DNA of 64,000 nucleotides. Source: an uncultured delta proteobacterium. GTDB taxonomy: Bacteria > Desulfobacterota > Binatia > UBA9968. Position numbers and translations under genes: made by a program. The notes under the pieces were generated by a model that saw nothing but the letters and a program-made list of their open reading frames with translations, made no database searches and was not told the origin of the DNA. The DNA lies in the NCBI GenBank assembly GCA_963760795.1, contig CAVXEP010000031.1:46493-110492 (forward strand). Reading direction: 5' to 3'. Within the stretch, counting starts at the first letter, position 1, and the number at the start of each line of letters is the position of its first letter. Positions 1 through 10,245 of the stretch are shown piece by piece.

Positions 1-9
1 GTAGTTTCA

Positions 10-1032
10 ATGGGTTTTATTCAAAATATTCGACAAGTCTACAAAGTTAGCGCGCTTGCTCTTATCGTGGCCCTGAATCCTGGTTTTGTGCTGGCTCAGA
101 GTCTCGATGACCTGCACAAATTGGCCGTCAAGGAAGGCGGGACGCTCAATTTCTATGCGACCTTGGCCCAGATCAATGCCGAAAAAATTATTCCGGTGTT
201 CGAAAAACGATTTCCTGGAATCAAGGTCAACCACGTCGATGCGACCTCGGATAAACTGGTTGCTCGTGCGGTCACCGAAGCGCGTGGCGGTAAGACTTTG
301 GGCGATGTTTTGCAGGTGCCGCTGGAGAATGTGAGTCAGGCTCACGATCAAAAATTGCTGTTGGAAGTCACCCTTCCTGAATCGGCTGAATATCCGCAAG
401 GAATGAAGGGAAGTTTTTGGTTGGCCTCGGATCTTCAATTTATCATTGCGGCCTGGAACACCGGCCTGGTGAAGAAAGAAGAAGAGCCCAAGCAGTATGA
501 GGACTTTGCCGATCCCCGCTGGAAAAACCGCTTGATCGCGGAACCGCGCGATCTCGAAATGCTGATGGGCTTTGCAAAATACAAATATAAGAGTGACGAG
601 AAGGCGATCGACTTGTGGCGCAAGATCGCCGCCAACAACGTCGAATTTCATGCCGGTCATTCTCAGCTCGCTGAGTTGCTGGTCGCCGGTCAGGCGGCGG
701 TTTGTTTGACCTGTTACTCCCATCACTATCCCAGCCGGATCAAGAAGGGCGCGCCCGTCAACTACATGCTGAGCGAGGGCGTGGCTTCGATCAATGGCAC
801 CGCCGTTTTCAAGAACGCTCCCCATCCGAATACCGCGCTGTTGTATGCTCGCTGGGTGGCCAGCCAGGAGGGGCAAAAAGCGATGGCGCAAGGCGGGCGC
901 ACGCCAGCTCATCCCAAGGTCGAGCCGGTGGATAAGACTCGAACCGAGAAGATTTATCCCATCAGCGTTGCAGACATTAAAGAGTTCCCGCGATACGAGA
1001 AGATCTGGAAGGAGATTTTCAAACTGAGATAG
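10..1032 (+). CDS. ABC transporter substrate-binding protein (Fe3+/thiamine-like SBP_bac_6/8 family)
   Basis: 340 aa with a signal peptide (VLAQS) and APHPNTALLYARWVASQEGQ motif; first gene of an SBP-permease-ATPase operon. Confidence 0.85.
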   Translation: MGFIQNIRQVYKVSALALIVALNPGFVLAQSLDDLHKLAVKEGGTLNFYATLAQINAEKIIPVFEKRFPGIKVNHVDATSDKLVARAVTEARGGKTLGDVLQVPLENVSQAHDQKLLLEVTLPESAEYPQGMKGSFWLASDLQFIIAAWNTGLVKKEEEPKQYEDFADPRWKNRLIAEPRDLEMLMGFAKYKYKSDEKAIDLWRKIAANNVEFHAGHSQLAELLVAGQAAVCLTCYSHHYPSRIKKGAPVNYMLSEGVASINGTAVFKNAPHPNTALLYARWVASQEGQKAMAQGGRTPAHPKVEPVDKTRTEKIYPISVADIKEFPRYEKIWKEIFKLR

Positions 1033-1072
1033 CTCGGCGATATCTCACTGCGCCACTTTTCGAGGCTCATTT

Positions 1073-2797
1073 ATGGCGACTGCTGCAATTCCACGTACCG
1101 GAAAAATGAGTATGAGTTTGGATCCGGCGCTGCTGATCCCGGTGGTCGGCGCCGGCGTCCTGGTTTATCTAGCGGTTCTGCCGCTGCTGATGCTGTTTGT
1201 CGGCAGCTTCCAGGCGGAAGTGGCGCCGCGGGAGTTCGTCTACACGCTCAAGAACTACCATGCCGCCTACGCCAGCGAACACACCTACTCGACTTTTCTC
1301 AATTCATTGATCTTTGCCTCGGGTTCCGCCGGGCTCAGTTTCATGCTCGGCACCATGCTCGCCTGGCTCACCGAGCGGACCAATACGCCATTGCGAAATA
1401 TTTTCGTGCCTATCGCCGTGGTGCCGTTGATTCTTCCCGGCGTTTTGGAATCGATCGCGTGGATTTTTCTGTTGAGTCCAAAGTTCGGTTACATGAACGT
1501 CTGGCTGATGAATTTGTTCGGCCTGCAATCGGCGCCGTTCAACGTCTTTTCCTTGCCGGGCATGATCTGGGTCCATTCGGTGGGGCAGGTGCCATTGGCC
1601 TTCTTATTAATGGTCGCCGCGTTCAAATCAATGGACCCCTCCTTGGAAGAATCGGCGATGATGTCCGGCGCCAACACCTGGCAGACGTTTAGGCGGGTCA
1701 CGTTAAGGCTGCTGATGCCGACAGCGGGCTCGGTGATGCTTATCCTGTTCGTGCGCACCCTGGAATCCTTCGAGACCCCGGCGTTGATCGGCATTCCGGC
1801 GCGCATCTATGTTTATACCAGCGAGATTTACCTGGCGTTCAACGAGTATCCACCGGATTATGGGCGCGGCGGCGCGCTGGCAGTGGGCTTGCTGCTGCTA
1901 AGCGCGATCGGCGTGTGGTTGTACACGCGCGCGACCAAAGAAGGAAAGAAATTCCAGACCGTCACCGGCAAAGCGTTTCGGCCGCGGCAGTTCGATCTCG
2001 GGGCCTGGCGCTGGGCCGGTTTCGCATTTCTTACAGGCTACTTTTTATTCGTCGTGCTGCTGCCGTTTTTAGTCTTGTTCTGGGCCTCCTTCCTGCCGTT
2101 CTTCGCGGCACCGAGTTGGGATGCCGTCAGCAAGCTCAGTCTCGACAACTATCGTTATCTCGGCGGTTTTCGACCCTTTTGGGATGCGATGCAAAACAGC
2201 ATCATCCTCTCGACGTTGACCGCGACGGTGGCGATGGTGCTGACTTCGCTGGTCGCGTGGATCGTTTACAAGAGCCGGTTGCCGGGCTCGTGGATCCTCG
2301 ATTTTCTCGCCTTCGTGCCGATTACGATCCCCGGTATCGTCATGGGCATGGCATTGATCCTGCTCTATGTCGCTTTTCCTATTCCGATTTACGGCACGAT
2401 CTGGGTTTTGCTGATCGCCTATGTCACCCGCTTTATTCCGTACGGCATGCGCGCGGCCTCGGGGTCGATTTTGCAAATTCACAGCGAATTGGAGGAGGCC
2501 GCGGCGGCCTCCGGCGCTTCCTGGTGGGAATCGTTCAAACGGGTTACGTTGCCGCTCTTGCGGCCCGGCTTGGCGGCGGGTTGGATTTACATCTGCATCG
2601 TGTCGTTTCGGGAATTTTCCACGTCAGTGTTGCTCGCCACCGGCGAAAGCCGGGTGCTGTCAATTCTGCTCTTCACCATGTTCGAGCAAGGACAGGTCAC
2701 CGTGGTCGCGGCCATCGGGGTTTTGATGATCGTTACCTTGCTTTCGATCGTGGGGATCTTCTACAAGCTCACCGGCAAAGTAGGCATCCAAACATAA
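1073..2797 (+). CDS. ABC transporter permease (fused two-domain, FbpB-like)
   Basis: 574 aa, hydrophobic, two EAA motifs (LEESAMMSGA; LEEAAAASGA). Confidence 0.9.
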   Translation: MATAAIPRTGKMSMSLDPALLIPVVGAGVLVYLAVLPLLMLFVGSFQAEVAPREFVYTLKNYHAAYASEHTYSTFLNSLIFASGSAGLSFMLGTMLAWLTERTNTPLRNIFVPIAVVPLILPGVLESIAWIFLLSPKFGYMNVWLMNLFGLQSAPFNVFSLPGMIWVHSVGQVPLAFLLMVAAFKSMDPSLEESAMMSGANTWQTFRRVTLRLLMPTAGSVMLILFVRTLESFETPALIGIPARIYVYTSEIYLAFNEYPPDYGRGGALAVGLLLLSAIGVWLYTRATKEGKKFQTVTGKAFRPRQFDLGAWRWAGFAFLTGYFLFVVLLPFLVLFWASFLPFFAAPSWDAVSKLSLDNYRYLGGFRPFWDAMQNSIILSTLTATVAMVLTSLVAWIVYKSRLPGSWILDFLAFVPITIPGIVMGMALILLYVAFPIPIYGTIWVLLIAYVTRFIPYGMRAASGSILQIHSELEEAAAASGASWWESFKRVTLPLLRPGLAAGWIYICIVSFREFSTSVLLATGESRVLSILLFTMFEQGQVTVVAAIGVLMIVTLLSIVGIFYKLTGKVGIQT

Positions 2798-2804
2798 GAG
2801 AAGG

Positions 2805-2886
2805 GTTCAAGTCGTTCAAACAGTTCAAGCCGTTTGAATGGAGCGCAGCGTTTTTGAATCGGAGCGAAGCGGTTGAACGGTTGAAC
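2805..2886. repeat. Intergenic 9-nt-period repeat with inverted arm (GTTCAA... / ...TTGAAC)
   Basis: GTTCAAGTC GTTCAAACA GTTCAAGCC ... TTGAACGG TTGAAC; related units at 6804-6842. Confidence 0.7.
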
Positions 2887-2897
2887 CAAGAGAAAAT

Positions 2898-4001
2898 ATG
2901 ATCGAAATAAAGTCTCTGGTTAAAATCTACGAAGACGGCGAGCACGCGGGTGTCAAGGCCGTCAACGACATATCGTTCACGGTCGAAGAAGGGCGTTTTT
3001 ATACTTTGCTCGGACCCTCGGGCTGCGGCAAGACCACCACCTTGCGCTGCATCGCCGGTTTGGAAAAGGCCAATGGCGGCGAGATCCTGGTCGCCGGCAA
3101 AAAGGTTTTTTCGGCCACCGACGGCACGTTCGTGCCCGCCTACCGTCGCCCCATCGGTATGGTTTTTCAGAGCTACGCCATCTGGCCGCATATGACGGTA
3201 TTCGAAAACGTCGCGTTTCCTCTGCGCGTGGGAAAACAGAAAGTCAGTAACGCTGACGTGCAAAAGAAGGTTCGCACCGCTCTGGAGCAGGTGGAATTGG
3301 ACGGCTACGGAGATCGCATGGCCACGCAGCTCTCCGGCGGGCAGCAGCAGCGCCTCGCGCTGGCCCGCGCCTTGGTGCGCGAGCCGCTGGTGCTGCTCTT
3401 GGACGAGCCGCTCAGTAATCTCGATGCCAAACTGCGCGAGCGCATGCGCTTTGAGCTGCGCGAGTTGCAGCGCCGCCTGCGCATCACGACCCTCTACGTA
3501 ACCCATGACCAGATCGAAGCCTTGTCGATGTCCAATGTCATCGCGGTGATGAACTCCGGCGTCATCGTCCAGGAGGGCGGGCCGCGGGATATCTATCTGC
3601 AACCAAAAACCAAATTCGTCGCCAACTTTATCGGTTCGACCAATCAGATGACCGGCCAGGTGACCAGACTGGAAGGAAACGGCACGGCGACGGTTCGCAC
3701 CGACGACGGCGAGATCTCTTGCGGCATCCTCGATGGCTTGGCTGCGGGCAGCAAGGTGGTTGTCGTGGTGCGGCCTGAGAGCATTAACCTGCACCTGCAG
3801 CAGCCAACCAACGGTTCGAACATTATCGCGGGTAAAATCGGCGCTGCCATGTTTTTGGGTGAATACGTCGACTGCACCATCGAGCTCGGCAAGAATGTTT
3901 TGCAAACTCATCAGCGCTACACCTTGCAAGTCCGCCGCGGCGATCCGGTCTGGGTCGAGTTGCCGGCGGGTGAGTGCATGGCGCTGCCCACCGATCGGTG
4001 A
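2898..4001 (+). CDS. ABC transporter ATP-binding protein (FbpC/PotA-like, C-terminal TOBE)
   Basis: Walker A GPSGCGKTT, signature LSGGQQQR, Walker B LLLDEP. Confidence 0.95.
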   Translation: MIEIKSLVKIYEDGEHAGVKAVNDISFTVEEGRFYTLLGPSGCGKTTTLRCIAGLEKANGGEILVAGKKVFSATDGTFVPAYRRPIGMVFQSYAIWPHMTVFENVAFPLRVGKQKVSNADVQKKVRTALEQVELDGYGDRMATQLSGGQQQRLALARALVREPLVLLLDEPLSNLDAKLRERMRFELRELQRRLRITTLYVTHDQIEALSMSNVIAVMNSGVIVQEGGPRDIYLQPKTKFVANFIGSTNQMTGQVTRLEGNGTATVRTDDGEISCGILDGLAAGSKVVVVVRPESINLHLQQPTNGSNIIAGKIGAAMFLGEYVDCTIELGKNVLQTHQRYTLQVRRGDPVWVELPAGECMALPTDR

Positions 4002-4117
4002 GCGTGACTGGCAAACTTTCGAGATCTTTTGCCCTCTCTTGTACCGTTGCCCCTAAGCGTTAAATCCACTAGAAATATTCTTCGAGTCAAAGGACGACTC
4101 AGGAAGGTTGCCTATCG

Positions 4118-5110
4118 ATGCTTGCGAAATCGTTAACCGTCATCGCGCTCACGGCGTCAGTTTTTGCTGGAACAACCGCAATCCTGCCGGCGCAGGAAAA
4201 GCTCAAGGTCGTTTATAGCTCGGCGGATGCCACCAACTTCGTCTGGTACGCCGCCCAGGATGGCGGCTTCTACAGAAAACATGGACTGGAAGTCGAGCTG
4301 ATCTTCGTGCCCAGTTCGACCACAGCGGTGTCGAGCATGATCGCCGGCGACATCCAGATCGGTAACAACTCCGGCGGCACCGTGGCCAGCGCGGTGGTCA
4401 GCGGCGCCAACCTGGTGCTCACCGGTTGCTATATCAACACGCTGCCCTATGAGCTGGTGGTGCATGAGTCGATCAAAACCGCCGACGATCTGCGCGGCAA
4501 AAGCGTCGGCATCAGCCGCGTCGGCAGCGCGTCGGACTCGGCGGCGCGGGTTTTGGTCAAAGGACTTGGATTGGAACCGGTAAAGGACGTGCCGATCTTG
4601 CAAGTCGGCGGCACCGCCGAGCGCGCGGCGGCGTTTCGCGGCGGACGGATCGTCGGTTTTCCGTCGCCTCCTGGCGTAATACACCTGGCTCAGGGCATGC
4701 CCCATCGTATCCTCATCAGCACGGCGGATTTTCAGAAGCGCTACGAGTTTCCGTTCATCTGCTCATCGACAACCAAGACTTTTCTCAGCGCTAGGCGCGA
4801 CACCGTGCGCCGGGTCACTATGGCGCTCATCGAAGCGACCCATTTTTTGAAAACGCGCAAAGAGGAGAGCAAAAGATTCATCGGCAAGTTTGCCCGCCAG
4901 AACAATCCGAGATATTTGGAAGATTCCTATAATGCCATGGCCAAGCTGCACGACCGCGTGCCCTTGGTCGGACGGGCCGGCGCCGAAGAGCAGCTTAAAG
5001 AGTCCCTCAGCCGCAAACCCGGCGCGACGATGAAATTTGAAGATTGGGTCGACGACAGCATTGTCCGCGACCTCGACAAGAGCGGCTTCATCGACAAGGT
5101 CTACAAGTGA
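4118..5110 (+). CDS. ABC substrate-binding protein, NMT1/THI5/SsuA family
   Basis: Signal peptide; G.F.KHGLEVEL and DLRGKSVGISRVGS motifs. Confidence 0.85.
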   Translation: MLAKSLTVIALTASVFAGTTAILPAQEKLKVVYSSADATNFVWYAAQDGGFYRKHGLEVELIFVPSSTTAVSSMIAGDIQIGNNSGGTVASAVVSGANLVLTGCYINTLPYELVVHESIKTADDLRGKSVGISRVGSASDSAARVLVKGLGLEPVKDVPILQVGGTAERAAAFRGGRIVGFPSPPGVIHLAQGMPHRILISTADFQKRYEFPFICSSTTKTFLSARRDTVRRVTMALIEATHFLKTRKEESKRFIGKFARQNNPRYLEDSYNAMAKLHDRVPLVGRAGAEEQLKESLSRKPGATMKFEDWVDDSIVRDLDKSGFIDKVYK

Positions 5111-5123
5111 TTCGCGAGAAATT

Positions 5124-5196
5124 GAGGTCAGATGCCAGAAGTCAGAAATCAGATCATCAGACGGACCTCGACTTGGTCCTCTGACCTCTGATTTCT
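5124..5196. repeat. Intergenic 7-nt-period inverted repeat (AGGTCAG-like units / TCTGACC units)
   Basis: AGGTCAG ATGCCAG AAGTCAG AAATCAG ... TCTGACC TCTGATT TCT. Confidence 0.7.
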
Positions 5197-5216
5197 CGAC
5201 CATCTGGTGAATCAAC

Positions 5217-5807
5217 ATGATCGTCGCTGTAGTCCTTTCCGCCGGCGAATCGAGCCGCATGGGCCGCGCCAAAGCGTTGTTGCCGATCGACGGGCAGACA
5301 TTTATCGAGCGGATCGTCGGCGCGCTCAAGCAGGGCGGCATTGAGCGCATCGTCGTGGTTCTGGGTTTTGAGGCCGAAGAGCTGGGGCGGCAAATCGCCC
5401 ATCTGCCGGTGGAGATACTCGTCAATCCCGACTATCGACTTGGACAGCTATCATCGCTTCAGGTTGCCCTGCGCCATTTAGAATCGGACAAGAGTTGCGC
5501 CGGTATGATGGTTCATTTGGTCGATCATCCTTACATCGATCCTAAGCTCGTGCGCCTCATGCTCCAGCGCTTTGACGAGTCGACGCACTCGATCGTTGTC
5601 CCGCGCCACCACGGCAAACGCGGCCACCCGGTGATTTTCTCGCGCAAGTTGTTCGATGAATTGCTGAGGGCGCCCATGGACCAGGGCGCCAAGGCGGTGG
5701 TCAATGCCCACCGCGACGACACCTTGGAGATTGACACGGAGGATGCCGGCATCACCCTCGATATCGATACGCCGGAGCTTTACCGGCAACATGTGAAAGG
5801 TGAGTAA
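5217..5807 (+). CDS. Molybdenum cofactor cytidylyltransferase-like nucleotidyltransferase (MocA family)
   Basis: LSAGESSRMGRAK, GHPV and DIDTPE motifs; MCD-type Mo-hydroxylases are present in the window. Confidence 0.85.
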   Translation: MIVAVVLSAGESSRMGRAKALLPIDGQTFIERIVGALKQGGIERIVVVLGFEAEELGRQIAHLPVEILVNPDYRLGQLSSLQVALRHLESDKSCAGMMVHLVDHPYIDPKLVRLMLQRFDESTHSIVVPRHHGKRGHPVIFSRKLFDELLRAPMDQGAKAVVNAHRDDTLEIDTEDAGITLDIDTPELYRQHVKGE

Positions 5808-6779
5808 ATGGCAAAACTGAAATTGACCCTGGCTTGTGGCGACTACGATTTTCTCCGTCCGCTCATCAACGGCGAGATTCAGCCACAGGGGATCGAGCTG
5901 AATGTGCTGACCATGGCTTCGCCGGAGCGCCATGGCCGCATGTTGAAACATGAAGAGTTCGATGTCTGTGAGCTATCGTTGGTGGGCTATCTGGTGTCCC
6001 GCGACAAGGGTTGCGGCTACAACGCCATCCCAGTGTTCCCACACCGCCGCTTCCGCCATCAGTACATGGTCAAGCGCACCGGTTGCGGCATCGAGAAACC
6101 ATCTGACCTAAACGGTAAAAGAATTGCGCTCGATACTTTGCAAAATTCCGCCGGACTGTGGATGCGCGGTATCTTGCAGGATCATTACAACGTCGATTTG
6201 AAGACCATCGAGTGGTGGTGCCAGGAGGCGGAAGACATTCCGTTCGAACCGGCCGCCTGGATGAACGTCAAGCGCGTGCCCCAAGGCAAAAACATCGACC
6301 AGATGCTTATCGACGGCGAGCTCGAAGCGTCGCTCTATCCCGAAACCCTGCCGTCGATGCGCGCCGGCAATGCGAAAGTTGCGCTGCTTTTCCCCGACCC
6401 GAAGAAAGCCGAGATCGAGTATTATCAAAACGGCGGCCACTTCCCGATCATGCACACGGTGGTGGTGAAGAATCATATTCTCCAAAAACATCCCTGGGTC
6501 GGCATCAGCCTGGTGCAAGCCTTCGAGCGCGCCAAGCAGATCTGCTACAGCCGCAACAGCGACCCGCGCAGTTTCGCCCTGGTCTGGGTGCAAGATCTCA
6601 TGCGCGAGCAAAAGGAGATCTTCGGCGCCGACCCCTGGCCGTACAATCTGGACGACAACCGCAAGGCGTTGGAAGCGGTGATCCGCTACGAGTTCGAGCA
6701 GGGTATGATTAAGAAGAATGCGCAGGTCGAGGAATTGTTTTTTGCGCCGAGTTTGGAGCGGATCCAGCATTACGTGTGA
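5808..6779 (+). CDS. 4,5-dihydroxyphthalate decarboxylase-like / periplasmic-binding-fold protein
   Basis: LTLACGDYD, IPVFPHRRFRH, FPIMHTVV and DPWPY motifs typical of this family. Confidence 0.8.
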   Translation: MAKLKLTLACGDYDFLRPLINGEIQPQGIELNVLTMASPERHGRMLKHEEFDVCELSLVGYLVSRDKGCGYNAIPVFPHRRFRHQYMVKRTGCGIEKPSDLNGKRIALDTLQNSAGLWMRGILQDHYNVDLKTIEWWCQEAEDIPFEPAAWMNVKRVPQGKNIDQMLIDGELEASLYPETLPSMRAGNAKVALLFPDPKKAEIEYYQNGGHFPIMHTVVVKNHILQKHPWVGISLVQAFERAKQICYSRNSDPRSFALVWVQDLMREQKEIFGADPWPYNLDDNRKALEAVIRYEFEQGMIKKNAQVEELFFAPSLERIQHYV

Positions 6780-6803
6780 CCGCTTCGCGGTTTTTTTCGG
6801 GAG

Positions 6804-6842
6804 GTTCAAAACGTTCCAATCGTTCAAGCCGTTCCAAACGTT
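6804..6842. repeat. Intergenic 9-nt tandem repeat, same family as 2805-2886
   Basis: GTTCAAAAC GTTCCAATC GTTCAAGCC GTTCCAAAC. Confidence 0.7.
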
Positions 6843-7019
6843 TTCGGACTTTCCTAGTCAGACGCACAGTCGCTGCGTGTCGGTCTTAGCTCTTGCCAGA
6901 TCCTTGTTAGTTGTTGGGCGGCGTGCTAGAAATCCGTCAAATTGAATATTTGGCCGCTCGCGGGCCGAGCAACGCGACGATCTGTTTTGACAATTTAAAA
7001 CAATAAGGGGAGTTTGATT

Positions 7020-7526
7020 ATGGCGATTAAAGTCGGCGATCATTTACCGGGTGGGACGCTTAATGAATTCATCGAAGTTGAGCGCGAGGGTTGCAGCATC
7101 GGCCCTAACACCTTCAAGGTGGAGGATTTGGCCAAAGGAAAGAAGATCGTTATTTTCGGCTTACCCGGCGCTTTCACACCGACTTGTTCCGCCAAGCATG
7201 TGCCCAGTTATGTCGCCAATTTCGCTGCCTTGAAGGCCAAGGGCGTGGACGAGATCTGGTGCTTGTCGGTCAACGACGCCTTCGTCATGGGAGCATGGGG
7301 CAGAGATCAGCAGACCGCCGGCAAGGTCCGGATGATGGCCGATGGCAGCGCCGAATACGTCAAAAAACTCGGCCTCGAAAATGACATGACGGCGCGTGGC
7401 ATGGGCGTTCGCTCCCAGCGTTTTTCCTTGCTGGCGGATGACGGCGTAGTGAAGTCGCTGAATATCGAGGGCCCCGGCAAATTCGAGGTCAGCGACGCCG
7501 GCACAATGTTAAAAGTTTTGGCTTAA
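7020..7526 (+). CDS. Peroxiredoxin, Prx5/type II family
   Basis: PGAFTPTCS, VNDAFVMGAW and RSQRF motifs. Confidence 0.95.
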   Translation: MAIKVGDHLPGGTLNEFIEVEREGCSIGPNTFKVEDLAKGKKIVIFGLPGAFTPTCSAKHVPSYVANFAALKAKGVDEIWCLSVNDAFVMGAWGRDQQTAGKVRMMADGSAEYVKKLGLENDMTARGMGVRSQRFSLLADDGVVKSLNIEGPGKFEVSDAGTMLKVLA

Positions 7527-7651
7527 GCGCGCACCTAACGCTCGACCGCGGAGCGGCCCATCCGTTTCAGGAGTTCGACATCAGTACTCGATCATTTCTC
7601 GGTAGATCAAAACGTTCAAAATGTTTTCGGATGTGCGAGGTTTTGGCTTCC

Positions 7652-7735
7652 GTCATACCGGCGCTGGCTAGTATCGAGTATTTTCCGCGGCCAGAATTGA
7701 GCGCAAGCCTGGATGCCGGCCTACGCCGGCATGAC
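7652..7735. repeat. REP-like inverted pair; single copy also at 14836-14862
   Basis: GTCATACCGGCG ... CTGGATGCCGGCCTACGCCGGCATGAC; second copy CTGGATGCCGGCCTGCGCCGGCATGAC. Confidence 0.7.
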
Positions 7736-7760
7736 AAGTGGTCGGTGTCTACAGTGCCCT

Positions 7761-8960
7761 TTAAGTGATCGGCCTTGCTTTTTCAACGGTGCCAATTGGC
7801 GTGGGAAACACAAATTCCTCGTCGCTCGCATTGTCCAACCCATAGCGGACTAATTCGTTAACATCCAACTTCGCCTCGTCCGCCGTCACTTCATCCAATC
7901 TTGCCTTGGTCGCGGGATGTTTGGGGACGAACAGCTGGCAGCAGTCCTGGTCGGGGACTGACGAAATATCGAAGGTACCGATGCGGCGCGACTGGTCGAC
8001 GATCTCTTGCTTATCCATGCCCACCAACGGGCGCAGGATCGGCATGGCTATCGCTTGTTGAATCACCGTCATGTTTTCTAACGTCTGCGATGCCACTTGG
8101 CCTAAGCTCTCGCCGGTGATGAGCGCTTTGGTTTTTTCTTTTCTGGCGATTTTCTCAGCGATGCGCAGCATCATGCGCCGGTACAGCACCACGCGCAGCG
8201 GACGCGCGACCGCGGCGACGATCTGCCGTTGAATCTCGCCGAAGGGAACCATATAGAGCCGCGATTGAAACTGATGGCGCGTCAACAGCGTGACCAGGTC
8301 GCGCACTTTGTCCTGGGAAGTCCTGTCCTGGTAAGGCGCGCTGTGAAAGTGCACGAAGATCACCCGGCAGCCGCGCTGCATCATGCGGTACGCTGCCACC
8401 GGCGAGTCGAATCCGCCGGAGATCAGTGACATCAGCCTTCCGCTGGCGCCCACCGGCAGGCCGCCGGGGCCGAGCAGTTTGTTGAAACCGAAGAACGCAT
8501 CCTTGGGCAAGACTTCGACGAAAACGGTGAACTCGGGGTTAGTCAGGTCGACTCGCGCGCCGGATTTCTCTTGCACCGCCGCGCCTAATTGGCGATTGAT
8601 CTCCACGGAGTTTAGCGCAAAATTTTTGTCGCCACGCTGGGTGTCGATACGGAAGCTGGTGAATTGGCTGCCATTAATCCCGGTGAGGATTTGCCTGCGC
8701 AATTCGTCGATATCGCGCTCGGTGCGCCGGACTAAAGAGAAATTGGCAATACCGAACACACTGGAAATCCGTTTGATGATAATTTCGGGCGCGATTTCGT
8801 TCCTGAAGTTCAAAAGCAAGCGGGCATGGAGACTGCGGATTTCCTTGGCGCCCAAGTCTTTGACCGAGGCGAGGATGTTGCGCTTGAGCATCTCGGTGAA
8901 GTAAGCCCGGTTGCCCTTTTTGAGGGCGATTTCGTGATAGCGGATCAGAACGGAATCCAT
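7761..8960 (-). CDS. thiI: tRNA 4-thiouridine synthase ThiI (short form, no rhodanese domain)
   Basis: YHEIALKKGNR, THUMP domain, PP-loop SGGFDS, GESLGQVASQT. Confidence 0.95.
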   Translation of the reverse strand: MDSVLIRYHEIALKKGNRAYFTEMLKRNILASVKDLGAKEIRSLHARLLLNFRNEIAPEIIIKRISSVFGIANFSLVRRTERDIDELRRQILTGINGSQFTSFRIDTQRGDKNFALNSVEINRQLGAAVQEKSGARVDLTNPEFTVFVEVLPKDAFFGFNKLLGPGGLPVGASGRLMSLISGGFDSPVAAYRMMQRGCRVIFVHFHSAPYQDRTSQDKVRDLVTLLTRHQFQSRLYMVPFGEIQRQIVAAVARPLRVVLYRRMMLRIAEKIARKEKTKALITGESLGQVASQTLENMTVIQQAIAMPILRPLVGMDKQEIVDQSRRIGTFDISSVPDQDCCQLFVPKHPATKARLDEVTADEAKLDVNELVRYGLDNASDEEFVFPTPIGTVEKARPIT

Positions 8961-9045
8961 GCACGAGAACTAACAGATTCAAGCGGCTTTTGCATGCAAC
9001 CGGCGCTATGGTAGTATCCCCGACAACAATCAAGAGGAGTGAGCG

Positions 9046-9372
9046 ATGAGCAACTTCAAGAAGCTAGCCGATGCCATGAGTTTTTCAGCGGAGAAGATGA
9101 AAAAGAATGGCGTCTTCGAGACCGAGCGATTCTTCTGCGACACCTACTGTTTCGAGCCAGGCCAAGAGCAGAAAGCGCACAGCCACACCCATGAAGACAA
9201 GATCTACTACGTCCTCGAAGGGCGCGGATCCTTCACCGTCGGTGCTGAAGAACGAGAGTTGGGAGCAGGGGAGATCGCCTTGGCGCCCGCCGGCCAGAGC
9301 CACGGTGTCGCCAATCGCAGCCAGGCGCGCCTGGTGACCCTGGTCTTCGTGACGCCCAAACCGCACCATTAA
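9046..9372 (+). CDS. Cupin domain protein
   Basis: HSH...YYVLEG.G and PAGQSHGV cupin motifs; GAGGAG RBS. Confidence 0.85.
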   Translation: MSNFKKLADAMSFSAEKMKKNGVFETERFFCDTYCFEPGQEQKAHSHTHEDKIYYVLEGRGSFTVGAEERELGAGEIALAPAGQSHGVANRSQARLVTLVFVTPKPHH

Positions 9373-9398
9373 ATTCTAGCGAAACGAACCAAGAACTG

Positions 9399-9568
9399 GA
9401 AATTCGAAGCTCAAATCCGAGACTCGAAACAAATTCAAATGATGAAAACCTAAACATCTACAAATGCTCCAAACGGTAAGGATCTCATTTACTGTTTTGG
9501 ATTTTCTGATTGTGAATTTACTTTGGTTGCGGTTTGTTTCGGATTTAGATATTCGAAATTCGGATTTG
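9399..9568. repeat. AT-rich intergenic imperfect inverted repeat with 7-nt periodicity
   Basis: AAATTCGAAGCTCAAATCCGAGACTCGAAACAAA versus TTTGTTTCGGATTTAGATATTCGAAATTCGGATTT. Confidence 0.65.
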
Positions 9569-9594
9569 CCTAAGTTAACCAAACACAAGAAACT

Positions 9595-10017
9595 ATGACA
9601 CCTGAACAAGAAGCGGTGGCGCAAGCCAACCAGAGTTTTTATCGCGCCTTCGAAACTCTCAAGATCGAAGCCATGGAAGCAGTGTGGTCAAAAGACGCCG
9701 ACATTCAATGCGGTCATCCAGGCTGGCGCATTCTGCGCGGCTGGGGCCCGGTGATGGAGAGCTGGAAAAGGATTTTTGAAAATACCCCGGCAGTGCAGTT
9801 CACTTTGACCGACGTGAAGATCGAAGTGCGCGGCGGGCTCGCCTGGGTGACGCTCTATGAAAACTTGAACAGTTCGATCGAAGGTCAGACTTTCTCCGCC
9901 GCCATTCTGACAATCAACATGTTTCAAAAGAGCGCGGACGGCTGGCACATGATCCTGCATCACGGCTCGTCAGTGTCGCAGCCGCCGGATCAGGACGAGA
10001 GTAATACGGTTCACTAG
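9595..10017 (+). CDS. SnoaL/NTF2-like protein
   Basis: ANQSFYRAFE, HPGW and W.M..HH.S motifs. Confidence 0.85.
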   Translation: MTPEQEAVAQANQSFYRAFETLKIEAMEAVWSKDADIQCGHPGWRILRGWGPVMESWKRIFENTPAVQFTLTDVKIEVRGGLAWVTLYENLNSSIEGQTFSAAILTINMFQKSADGWHMILHHGSSVSQPPDQDESNTVH

Positions 10018-10051
10018 AGTTCTCCGTCAGATTCGCCTTAGGCAATTAAAT

Positions 10052-10228
10052 ATGAAAGCTTGGGTCCGACGCACTGCGGGGATTCTCTTCATATTGGCGC
10101 TTTTGGTTGTATTCATGTTCTCGTATCCAAGTCTCTATGACCTGCTCGGCAAGGTCGCGACAATTTCATTGTGGTTCGTGCTGATCTTCGCATGCGAAAT
10201 GTTTTGGAATTATCTCATCGATGAATAG
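10052..10228 (+). CDS. Small two-TM membrane protein (58 aa, below ORF-track cutoff)
   Basis: Translated by hand: MKAWVRRTAGILFILALLVVFMFSYPSLYDLLGKVATISLWFVLIFACEMFWNYLIDE; fills the gap between same-strand genes. Confidence 0.5.
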   Translation: MKAWVRRTAGILFILALLVVFMFSYPSLYDLLGKVATISLWFVLIFACEMFWNYLIDE

Positions 10229-10245
10229 ATACGAGGCGAATCGAG

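Noticed and set aside
2805-6842. Short tandem repeats as a CRISPR array
   Set aside because: 7-9-nt units without unique spacers; no cas genes
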